Assembly (NCBI GenBank): GCA_040218735.1 | Contig: JAVJQW010000067.1 | Coordinates: 32,001-96,000, forward strand | From: Deltaproteobacteria bacterium | GTDB taxonomy: Bacteria > Myxococcota > Kuafuiibacteriia > Kuafuiibacteriales > Kuafuiibacteriaceae | Direction of reading: 5' to 3' | DNA length: 64,000 nt | Shown: positions 7,808-16,320 of the stretch, one piece after another | Layout of the letters: each line of letters begins with the position of its first letter | How positions within the stretch are numbered: the first letter of the stretch is position 1 | The notes under the pieces: generated by a model | Told to the model about the DNA's origin: nothing | What the model saw: the letters and a program-made list of their open reading frames with translations, nothing else | The model's database searches: none | Made by a program: the position numbers and the translations under genes

Positions 7808-10290
7808 GGCGCGCCGAGCCCCACGAGGTTCACGAGCAGCCGGTACGCGCCGGGCACCCCCGCCGGGAGCTGCCGGAAGAACGAGACACCCGTGTACACA
7901 AACGTGCCCTTGCCGTGCTTCGCGACGAGGAGCGCCCCTCGTAGCGGCGCCTCGCCCGCGTCGTTCATCTCGAGGAGCGGCCGATAACGTTCGTCCCAGG
8001 TCTTGGCGAAGTACAGCCCACGCTCCTGAACCCAGCCCGTGAAGTCGGCGGCGGTGATCACGTTCGGGCTCGAGAAGAGGCGGTGCGCGGGGTCGACCAG
8101 CGTGACGGGCGCGTTCTCGTCCGTCACACGCTCGCGATCGATCTGGAACGGGAACGGCCCGACCGGGTCCGTGAGCGTCGTCCACCGGTTGCTCGTGTTG
8201 TACTGCGCGACGAGTGTTCCGCCCGCGGCGACCCACTTCATCAGCGCGTCGTGCGCGGGCGCCAGATCCCTGCGGACGTTGAACGCCCGGACGCCGATCA
8301 CGATCGCACCGTACCGCTCCAGCGCGCCGCGCCGGAGGGACTCTGCGTCGATCTCCTCGACCTCCAGGCCTACGCTCCTCAGGTCATCCGCGACGGTGTC
8401 CCCCGAACCCGGCAGGTAACCGACGCGGACCGACGGGAGCCGCAGCTGCAGCGGCACCAGCCGAAGCTCGGCGACCTGCAAGACAGCTTGCACCGGGATG
8501 TGGTTGTGGTCGATCAGGTCGTAGCGGATCGACGAAGCGCGTCCGGCGACCGTCGCCGTCGGCCGAACCACCGTCGGCTCGGCCCCCTTCGGCGCCGTCA
8601 CCGAGAAGGCCAGCACCTGCTCCGCCCCGGCCTTCACGAACCGCACCTCGTGGGCGGCGGGTGTGACCTTCCACCCCTTCGGAACGGGGAGCGCGATCCG
8701 CGCCGCGACACCGTCCACCGCGGCGCGCGCGGTGATGCGGACGGTGCGCGCCTCCCCGTTCGGGAGCATCGCGTGCGCAGCGAGCGGCGTGACGGTGACC
8801 GGGGGGAGGATCAGGAATCGACGCTCGCGTTCGCCGAGGACCCGATCCGTCGTCACGTGCACCACGGGCCGCGTCAGCGCGAACCGCGAGGCGCCGCTCG
8901 ACAACACGATCCGTACGGTGCGCGCGGGCGGGCCTTCGGGTTCGCCGACCCGCTCGGGGGCCGCCTCGTAGCGGCCGCTCCCGGGGGGCGCGGTGAGCCA
9001 ATACGGGGACGACGGTGCCGCGTCGGTCGGAATGCGCAGCGTCTTCTCGAGCCTCTGCACTGCGTTGGTCTCGAGCACCTTCTTGTCGGGCTCGGGGGAG
9101 TCGCCCCAGTCGATCGATTCGAGCGCGATCTTCGCGGGGCGTCGCTTCACGATTTCGATTTCGACGGCGACCGAGGAGCCCGGCGTCGCCTCCGCACGCT
9201 CGGCGACGGCGCGGACGTACAACCCGGCGGCGTCGGCGATCATCTCCGCGGTCCGGTCGCGTGCGTCGAGCACCCGCGGCACCGGCTGCTTCGCCGCGAG
9301 CCGGTCGAGCGCCGCGAAGGCGGCGAGGAGGCCCGGGAGTGCATCTTCCGGGCGGTCCGAGCGGTACGCCCGACGCGCGCGTTCGAGCGAGGTCCGCACT
9401 TTCGTCGCTCCGCGAATGCGACGCCAGCTCGTGTCGATCCCTTCGAAGAGGTCCTTGTCGGGGCGACGCCCCGCGATCGGTTCGAAGTACTCCCAGATCG
9501 GACCACGCACCCCGGCCGACCCAAAGCCCTGGCTCTTGTGCATGCTTCGGCTCGCCGCCGCGAGCTCTCCGTAGGACTGACCGAGGCGCGGGTCGTACGC
9601 GCCAACGTCGAGCGCGAGGTAGGCGTCGAGCCCGTCGTCGTCGTCGCGTCCCCAGCGCGGGACGTTCAGGAGCAACCGCTGGGCGCGCCACGTCTGGCCC
9701 CCACGTTCGAGCTGCTCCGGGAATCGCTTCGGATCCGCGGCCGCCTCGAAGGCCTCGTGCGCGAGGATCGCCGACGCGGTGTGGTGTCCGTGGTTGGGCG
9801 GAGACTCGGTGAAGCGCGTGATGACGACGTCGGGTCTAAACGACCGGATGACCCACACGACGTCCGCGAGGATCGCGTCGTGGCCCCATGTCGCGAACGT
9901 CTCCTCGGCGGTCTTGGAGTAGCCGAAGTCGCGCGCACGTGTGAAGCGCTGTTCGGCGCCGTCGATCCGCCGCGCCGCGAGCAGCTCCTGCGTTCGGATG
10001 ACACCGAGCAGCGCGGCCTGCTCCGACCCGATCAGGTTCTGACCGCCGCCCCCGCGCGTCATGGACAGGTAGGCGACCTGGAGGTGCTTCGCGTTGGCGA
10101 GGTATCCGAGGAGGCGCGTGTTCTCGTCGTCGGGGTGCGCCGCGACGTAGAGGACACGCCCCGTGTTCAAGAGCCGCTCGATCGCGACCTGCTGAGCCCC
10201 CGTGTGCATGACCTCCGCGCCCTCCGCTTCGTGCACGACCGCTCCGAACACGAGGCTCGAAGTCATCGATAGCGTCCACCAGCCCTTCAT
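7804..10290 (-). CDS. LmbE/PIG-L family Zn deacetylase/amidase with Ig-like (NEW3-type) and C-terminal GATase-like domains, probably exported
   Basis: AAHPDDE, R.QELLAARRIDG, DFGYSK, NHGHH; hydrophobic N-terminus resembling a signal peptide. Confidence 0.88.
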   Translation of the reverse strand: MKGWWTLSMTSSLVFGAVVHEAEGAEVMHTGAQQVAIERLLNTGRVLYVAAHPDDENTRLLGYLANAKHLQVAYLSMTRGGGGQNLIGSEQAALLGVIRTQELLAARRIDGAEQRFTRARDFGYSKTAEETFATWGHDAILADVVWVIRSFRPDVVITRFTESPPNHGHHTASAILAHEAFEAAADPKRFPEQLERGGQTWRAQRLLLNVPRWGRDDDDGLDAYLALDVGAYDPRLGQSYGELAAASRSMHKSQGFGSAGVRGPIWEYFEPIAGRRPDKDLFEGIDTSWRRIRGATKVRTSLERARRAYRSDRPEDALPGLLAAFAALDRLAAKQPVPRVLDARDRTAEMIADAAGLYVRAVAERAEATPGSSVAVEIEIVKRRPAKIALESIDWGDSPEPDKKVLETNAVQRLEKTLRIPTDAAPSSPYWLTAPPGSGRYEAAPERVGEPEGPPARTVRIVLSSGASRFALTRPVVHVTTDRVLGERERRFLILPPVTVTPLAAHAMLPNGEARTVRITARAAVDGVAARIALPVPKGWKVTPAAHEVRFVKAGAEQVLAFSVTAPKGAEPTVVRPTATVAGRASSIRYDLIDHNHIPVQAVLQVAELRLVPLQLRLPSVRVGYLPGSGDTVADDLRSVGLEVEEIDAESLRRGALERYGAIVIGVRAFNVRRDLAPAHDALMKWVAAGGTLVAQYNTSNRWTTLTDPVGPFPFQIDRERVTDENAPVTLVDPAHRLFSSPNVITAADFTGWVQERGLYFAKTWDERYRPLLEMNDAGEAPLRGALLVAKHGKGTFVYTGVSFFRQLPAGVPGAYRLLVNLVGLGAP

Positions 10291-11450
10291 GCGCCTCCCT
10301 CCGCCGCCACGACCCGCGCGTAGTAGCGCTCGTAGCGATCGACCGCCGGCCCCACGCCGTAACGGGCTTCGACGTGTCTGCGCGCCGCGGCGCCCATCGC
10401 GATGCGGCGCCTATCGTCCGCGAGCAGCTCGTCCGCGGCGTCCGCGAGCGCCTCGACGTCGCGGTTTTCGATCAACACGCCGGTCTCTTGGTGCTGTACG
10501 ACCTCGGGGAGCCCCCCGACGGCGTACGCCAGGACCGGCAGGCCGCAGCTCGCCGCCTCGAGCGCCGCGAGCCCGAAGCTCTCCATCTCGCTCGTCAGCA
10601 GGAACAGATCGGCGTGCGCGAGGTAGCCGGCGACGTCCTCGCTCGCGCCGACGAACGCGACGTTCGCCCCGAGGCCGTGCGCCCGGACCGCCTCTTCGAC
10701 GGCGGGCCGGTCCGGGCCGTCACCGACCAGGAGCAATCGCGCGCGGCGCCGCTCCCTCAGCCGGGCGAGCACGGCGACGAGGTCCGCGGTGCGCTTCACG
10801 GGCCGAAAGTTCGAGATGTGCACGAGGACCGGCGCGCCGACGTCCGCGCCCGGCCCGAAACACACGTCGAGCTTCGAGCGGTCACGTTCGAACGGGGGCC
10901 GAAAGGCCGCGGTGTCGACGAAGTTCTCGATCACCTCCACGTGCGGAGCGTCGAGCGCGAAGGCCTCGCACGCGGCCTGCTGGAGATAACGCGACGGCGT
11001 CGTCACCCCCGCCGCGGCGCGGATCGCAAAGCCGTTCACGACGCGATCCGGCGGCGTGTTCCCGACCCGCGTGACGTCGGTGCCATGCAAAGTGATGATG
11101 ACCTTCGGCGCTCGTGCGCCGAGGACCTGCTGCGCCAGATAGGCGCTGACGGCGTGCGGCACCGCGTAGTGAGCGTGGACGAGATCGAGGCCCCTGCTCT
11201 GCGCGAGCTCGACGAGCTTCGAGGTGACCGCCAGGCCGTACAGCGGCTGCTCGAACAGCGGGTAGGCGGCCGGCGACAGCGTGTGCAGCTCGACACCCGA
11301 CTCTCGGCCGAGGCGGTGCGGCGCCTCGCTCGCGACGACGTGAACCTCGTGCCCGCGGGCCGCCATGCTCCGCGCGAGCTCGGTGGCGACGACGCCGCTG
11401 CCCCCGTACGACGAGAAGCAGACGTAGGCGATGCGCAGTCGCCGGGTCAC
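10287..11450 (-). CDS. bshA: N-acetyl-alpha-D-glucosaminyl L-malate synthase (GT4)
   Basis: YGGSGVVATELA, HAHYAVPHA, TLHGTD, HISNFRPVKR, ESFGLAALEA; GTG at 11450 overlaps the bshB1 stop. Confidence 0.93.
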   Translation of the reverse strand: MTRRLRIAYVCFSSYGGSGVVATELARSMAARGHEVHVVASEAPHRLGRESGVELHTLSPAAYPLFEQPLYGLAVTSKLVELAQSRGLDLVHAHYAVPHAVSAYLAQQVLGARAPKVIITLHGTDVTRVGNTPPDRVVNGFAIRAAAGVTTPSRYLQQAACEAFALDAPHVEVIENFVDTAAFRPPFERDRSKLDVCFGPGADVGAPVLVHISNFRPVKRTADLVAVLARLRERRRARLLLVGDGPDRPAVEEAVRAHGLGANVAFVGASEDVAGYLAHADLFLLTSEMESFGLAALEAASCGLPVLAYAVGGLPEVVQHQETGVLIENRDVEALADAADELLADDRRRIAMGAAARRHVEARYGVGPAVDRYERYYARVVAAEGGA

Positions 11451-12244
11451 CGACGCCCCTCGATCACAAACGCGTGCGGATAGTCGTGGCGCCGAAAGTG
11501 CGCGACCGGGTCGTCGATCCCGAGCACCTCGACGACGCGGAGGGGCTCGCCGTGGGCGACGCCGATCATGCTCCCGAAGTAGCGGTCCCGCGCGTCGAGC
11601 GCGTCGAGCGCACCGGGGGCGCCCACCAGCGTCGGCGTCGCGGGGCGTGCGACCTGACTCGCGTAGCACGCGATCGCCTCGCGTTTGCGCTCCGCCGCCT
11701 CGGTCGTGTCGACCACGAACGTCGGCGACATCGTGTGCCGCTGCGCGTAGTACAAGACCCGACGCACGCGGTGCGGCGCGAGCGCGGCGGGAGTCTCGAA
11801 CCGCGCGACGTGGGCGAAGAACAGCGCCTTGGTGAGGAGCTCACTGGCCGCGGAGTGGTCCGGGTGTCGAGCCTCGCTCCAGGGGATGAGGACGAGCTCC
11901 GGCTTCAGGCGGCGGATCGCCTCCACGACGCGCACGACCTGCGACCGGGCGAGGCGAGCGGGCGCTTCGAGGTCGTGTCCGGACCACGGCGACAGCCACG
12001 TGTCGGGGAGGCCGAGGTTTTCGCGCACGGAGAGCCCGAGCACCTTCGCCGCCGCTGCGGCCTCGGCGCGTCGGGTGGCGACGTCGCCGTTGGACGCGCG
12101 CTCGCCCTCCGTGAGATCGAGGACCGCGGTGGTGTGCCCGAGGTCCGCCATGCGGATGAGGATGCCGCCGCAGAACAGCTCGACGTCGTCCGGGTGGGGT
12201 CCGATCGCGAGGAGATCGACGCCGCCGTCCGTCCTCGAGGTCAC
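11447..12244 (-). CDS. bshB1: Bacillithiol biosynthesis deacetylase (GlcNAc-Mal deacetylase)
   Basis: DLLAIGPHPDDVELFCGG, DLTEGE, RENLGLPD, RHPDH, YASQ; located between bshC and bshA. Confidence 0.9.
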   Translation of the reverse strand: MTSRTDGGVDLLAIGPHPDDVELFCGGILIRMADLGHTTAVLDLTEGERASNGDVATRRAEAAAAAKVLGLSVRENLGLPDTWLSPWSGHDLEAPARLARSQVVRVVEAIRRLKPELVLIPWSEARHPDHSAASELLTKALFFAHVARFETPAALAPHRVRRVLYYAQRHTMSPTFVVDTTEAAERKREAIACYASQVARPATPTLVGAPGALDALDARDRYFGSMIGVAHGEPLRVVEVLGIDDPVAHFRRHDYPHAFVIEGRR

Positions 12245-13824
12245 CACGTGATCTCCTGGAGCGCGCCTTCGAAGGGGCGACAGCGCGCGAGGACATCTTC
12301 GACCACACGCTCCGCGGAGTAACGCGCGGCGAAGTAAGGCAGGCCGAAGACCCGCTCCTGCGGCGCGTCGTTCGGCTGGAGCGCCCACCGAATCCGTCGC
12401 GCGCGATCGACGCGGTCTTCGTCCTCGTGCAGGACCGCTCGCTCGTACTTGTCGGTGAAGCGTTGGATGGTCCCTTCGATCGTCGCTGCGGTCTTGGCGT
12501 GCGCGCGTTCGAGTCCGCCGAGGCCGCGCCACGCAGGCGCCGCTTCGTCGAGCGCGCTCTTCATGCGCGCGACGAGCTCGGCCTCGAGCGCTGCACGGCC
12601 CCGCCGCGTCGCACCGCCCGACGCCTTCTTCAGGAGCTCGTCCAGCGGCGCCGCGGCGTCGTCCGCCGTCAGGTTCAACGACTGGAGTGTGCGGGCGGTG
12701 CGCGTCTCGACGATCGTGAAGCGCGCGCGCGGCACGATCACCGGCATGGGGAGGTCGAACGCCTCGTAGACCGGGCCCATCTGCGCGAAGTAGTCGATCT
12801 CTCCCGGCCCGCCGACATACGCGGCTGTCGGGAACCACGTGTCCTGAAGGATGGGCCTCAGGAGCGCGCTCGTGCTGAAGGCACGCGGGTTCGACTCCAG
12901 CTCTGCGAGCAGCGTCGACGCCGTCGAACGCCCCTCCCCGCCGACGACCGTGTACACGTCCCCGTCGCGGTCGAGGCGGTGCCGCGGCCCCTCTGGGCCA
13001 TCCGGGTGGAAGAACGACAGCGGCGCTCCGGGGCGGACGTAGACCTGAGTGTCGAAGCCGAGCTCCGTGAGCCGGGCACAACGCTCGTCGAGCCCGCGCG
13101 CGATGACGTCCGCGGACGCGATCGCGCGGCGATGCACCGGCGCGGCCGCCGCGGCGAGCCCTCGGTCGCGGGGGTCGATCACCAAGAGCCCCGACGGCCC
13201 GAACAGCTCGCGGAGCCACCCCGCGAACGCATCGGGCCACGTCGCGCCGACGTGGTAGTGACGCCGGATCACATCGAGGGTGGCGGCCGCGTGCGGCAGG
13301 TTGCCGATCGTCGCCTCGAGCTCCGCGATGACCTCGTCGATCGCCGGATCGAAGCGACGGTGCGCCATCGAGATCGGCGAAGCGTCCGGCGCCTCGACGC
13401 GGAGCGGACGAGGTTCGGCGGCGCCCTGCGGGATCCACGTGGTCGCGACCTCGTCGAAGTCGTGATCCTCGGTCTGCAGCCAGAAGATCGGGACGACGGG
13501 GACGCCGCAGGCAGACTGGAGCGCGCGGGCCGCGACCACCGCCGAGGCCGCCTTGTACACGGTGTACAGCGGGCCGAGGAACAGCCCGACCTGCTGCCCC
13601 GTGAGCACCGCCGCCGCGCCGCCGCGCGCGAGCACATCGAGGTGCGCGCGGCAGGCGTCGCCGGTCGCGCTGTGGCGCTCGAGCGCCGCGAGGACGGCGT
13701 CCGGAACGCGACGTGTGGCGGCGTCCCGGACAGCGGCTTCACGATCGCTGGCCGCCCTCGCCTGGCGCTTCAGGAGGTGACCGCACCGTTCGTCGCCCGA
13801 CGTGTAAGCTTGCGAGAATCGCAT
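12241..13824 (-). CDS. bshC: Bacillithiol biosynthesis cysteine-adding enzyme
   Basis: TGQQVGLFLGPLYTVYK, FWLQTEDHDFDE, LLRPILQD, YVGGPGEIDYFAQ, PQER. Confidence 0.93.
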   Translation of the reverse strand: MRFSQAYTSGDERCGHLLKRQARAASDREAAVRDAATRRVPDAVLAALERHSATGDACRAHLDVLARGGAAAVLTGQQVGLFLGPLYTVYKAASAVVAARALQSACGVPVVPIFWLQTEDHDFDEVATTWIPQGAAEPRPLRVEAPDASPISMAHRRFDPAIDEVIAELEATIGNLPHAAATLDVIRRHYHVGATWPDAFAGWLRELFGPSGLLVIDPRDRGLAAAAAPVHRRAIASADVIARGLDERCARLTELGFDTQVYVRPGAPLSFFHPDGPEGPRHRLDRDGDVYTVVGGEGRSTASTLLAELESNPRAFSTSALLRPILQDTWFPTAAYVGGPGEIDYFAQMGPVYEAFDLPMPVIVPRARFTIVETRTARTLQSLNLTADDAAAPLDELLKKASGGATRRGRAALEAELVARMKSALDEAAPAWRGLGGLERAHAKTAATIEGTIQRFTDKYERAVLHEDEDRVDRARRIRWALQPNDAPQERVFGLPYFAARYSAERVVEDVLARCRPFEGALQEITW

Positions 13825-13852
13825 CGTCGGCTCGGGAGCGTCCTCGACGACC

Positions 13853-14695
13853 CTACTTCCAGGTCTTCGCGGCCTCTTCGATGCGCGGCTTGTAGAAGGC
13901 GAAGGCACCGCTCTTGTCGCCCTTCTTCAGGGCGCTCGCGGCGAGGGCTCCCGCCTCCTTCTTCTTGCCCATCTTCTCGAGGATCTGCGCCTTCACCCAC
14001 TCGTTGCGCCACGTGGCCTGGATGCGAATGGACGTGTCGATGTACTCGAGCGCCTTCTTGGTGTCGCCGTGCTCGAGGAGGTACTGGGCCGAACGCAGGT
14101 GCGGCAGCGGCGCGCCGTTCACGGCCGACTCGATGTTGGCGAGGACCTGGGCGTGGGTGTCGACCTGAATCGGGATCGAGACGCGCTGGTCGGCCCACTC
14201 CAGATCGAGCCGCGTCGCGTCGTCGGTCGTGTCGGAGAACAAAAACGTTAGCCGCTCACGCGCGGAAGAGCGCGCCGGCTTCACGGTCACCCGTGCGGCG
14301 TCCTTCTTCTTGTCGTAATTCGAGCTGCCCCACAGCTCCGTCTCGCGGTTCAGGATGACGGTCCACTGCTTGGCGGTCGGGATCGTGAAGACGGAGTAGT
14401 CGCCCTTCGGCACGGCCTTGCCGCCGAACTTCACGTCGCGCGAAAACGAGATCTTCGTGGCCTTGTTGGCGCCGGTTCGCCAGACCTCACCGTAGGGGAC
14501 GAGCCCCCCGAAGATCTTCCGGCCCTTCACGCCGGGGCTGCTGTAGGTGATCGCGACGTCGGTCAGGCCGACGCGTTGATGCACCTCGGCCGCGGGGCTG
14601 GCGGCCGGTGTCTCCGGGCCCGCCTGGGCGATCGCGAGGGAAGGTGTGGCCAGCGCAAACGCCAGTGCGAAGTGAGGGGCAGAAAGTCGATACAT
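13853..14695 (-). CDS. DUF2911 family exported protein with C-terminal TPR-like helices
   Basis: Signal peptide; SP.A.V.Q.VGLTDV.ITYSSPGVKGRKIFGGLVPYGEVWRTGAN. Confidence 0.85.
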   Translation of the reverse strand: MYRLSAPHFALAFALATPSLAIAQAGPETPAASPAAEVHQRVGLTDVAITYSSPGVKGRKIFGGLVPYGEVWRTGANKATKISFSRDVKFGGKAVPKGDYSVFTIPTAKQWTVILNRETELWGSSNYDKKKDAARVTVKPARSSARERLTFLFSDTTDDATRLDLEWADQRVSIPIQVDTHAQVLANIESAVNGAPLPHLRSAQYLLEHGDTKKALEYIDTSIRIQATWRNEWVKAQILEKMGKKKEAGALAASALKKGDKSGAFAFYKPRIEEAAKTWK

Positions 14696-14803
14696 CGTAG
14701 GGAATCCTCATGCGACCGAACGTCGCGGACAGGTGCGCCGAAGTAATGGGCGACTGGGTGCCCTTATTCCCATTCGGGGGAGAAAGCCAAGCGAAGGAGC
14801 GCG

Positions 14804-16285
14804 TCAGAAGACACGCAAGCGGTCCGCGACAGCGGCGCCCGAGAGGACGGCGCGGGCCTGCTCGGCGCGCCGATCGATCACCTTCTGGATGAAGGCCATC
14901 GCCTGCGGACGCGCGCGCACGATGGTGAGGAAGTCGTCGCGTGGGAGCTCGATGGCGAAGCACTTCGTGGTCGCGCGGACGCTCCCCATCGCGGGTTTGT
15001 CGGTCAGGATCGACATCTCTCCGACCACGTCGGAGGGGCCGAGCATCCCGACGCGCACGGGCTTGCCGTCCCGCTCGACCAGCGCCTCGGCGGTGCCGGC
15101 GAGGAGGACGAGGAGGCTGCTGGCGGGGGTGCCGGACCGAACGAGGAGCGCGCCGGGCTCGACTTCGAGGAACGAGAACCGGCGCCCGAGCGCCATTTTG
15201 TCGTTGTCGGAGAGGCCCTGGAACAGCGGGTTCTCCGCGAGGAGGCGCTCGACGCTGCGGTTTCGGAAGAACCGCAGCAGCACGGTGAGCACGCCGGGGT
15301 CGTCCTCGATGAGCTCGTGGATCATCCCGCGGTCGATCGCGATGACCTGCGCGTCCGTCAGCGCGAGGATCGTCGCGCTGCGGGGTTGGTCGGTGAGGAG
15401 CGCGATCTCGCCGAAGAAGTCGCCCTCCTTCAGCTTGGAGATCCCGCGCCGCGGCGGGCCCTCGTCGATGACGCCGACGGTGCCCTCCGCGATCACGTAG
15501 AGCTGATCACCCGGCTCGCCCTGACGAAACAGCGTCTGCTCCTTCGCGAGGTTCACGATGCTCGCCGCCATCAACAGCTGCCCGAAGCTCGACTCCGGCA
15601 GCTGCGCGAACAGCGAAGTCTCGGAGAGCGCCTTGTTCGTTTGCTCGGCGAGGCGGAACTCCTCCTCGACCGCGAGCACCGCGGCGTCCTCCACCGCGAA
15701 GCCGCGGTTTTGTTCGGTCACCGCGTCGGGGTTGGCCGCCGCGAACAGCGGCGTCGTGGCGGTGACACCGGGGCCCTCCTCGACGATGTCCTCCAGCGGG
15801 ATGGTGTAGATGCTCGCCTCGTCGTCGCTGCGCGTCAGGTCGCGCGTGGCGCCCGGGACGGCGTCCTTCAGCGTGACACTCGACAGCGCCGAGCCGCGCT
15901 CCCACTCGCCCGTGATCGCCTTGGGCGGCGGGCGTTGCCGAACGGTGGTGGATCCGGGGCGCTGGCGGTGCGCGTTCCGGAGCTTCTCGATCCGCGCGAG
16001 GGTCTCGGGGTGCCGCGGCGCGATCTCGAGCAGCTGCTTCGAGACGGTCGCGGACTTCAGGTAGTCGCCGGTCTTTTCGTACAGACGCGCGGCGCGGTTG
16101 AGGGCGTCGACCTCTTCCTTCGGGCGGTTCAGTCGGCGGTAGAGCTTCGCGGTGCGGCGCGGCCAACCCGGGTCGTGGGGGTCGGCGGCTTCGAGCTGCA
16201 GGCTCAGACGCAGCGCCTCTTCGAGACGCCCCGCCTTCACGGCAGCGACGGCGGCGTCGCTGAGCGCCTTCAGCTTCTCGCTCAT
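14804..16285 (-). CDS. TPR plus tandem cyclic-nucleotide-binding domain protein
   Basis: N-terminal TPR-like helices; LFRQGEPGDQLYVI..G...FFGEIALL...PRSATI; second, more degenerate copy VGEMSIL...PAMGSV. Confidence 0.85.
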   Translation of the reverse strand: MSEKLKALSDAAVAAVKAGRLEEALRLSLQLEAADPHDPGWPRRTAKLYRRLNRPKEEVDALNRAARLYEKTGDYLKSATVSKQLLEIAPRHPETLARIEKLRNAHRQRPGSTTVRQRPPPKAITGEWERGSALSSVTLKDAVPGATRDLTRSDDEASIYTIPLEDIVEEGPGVTATTPLFAAANPDAVTEQNRGFAVEDAAVLAVEEEFRLAEQTNKALSETSLFAQLPESSFGQLLMAASIVNLAKEQTLFRQGEPGDQLYVIAEGTVGVIDEGPPRRGISKLKEGDFFGEIALLTDQPRSATILALTDAQVIAIDRGMIHELIEDDPGVLTVLLRFFRNRSVERLLAENPLFQGLSDNDKMALGRRFSFLEVEPGALLVRSGTPASSLLVLLAGTAEALVERDGKPVRVGMLGPSDVVGEMSILTDKPAMGSVRATTKCFAIELPRDDFLTIVRARPQAMAFIQKVIDRRAEQARAVLSGAAVADRLRVF

Positions 16286-16320
16286 GGCCGGCGGATTCTA
16301 CCCAATCTTCTCGCGCGCCG

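Noticed and set aside
5961-14695. N-methyl-bacillithiol pathway
   Set aside because: No SAM-dependent methyltransferase (NmbA-like) gene is visible in the operon or the window.
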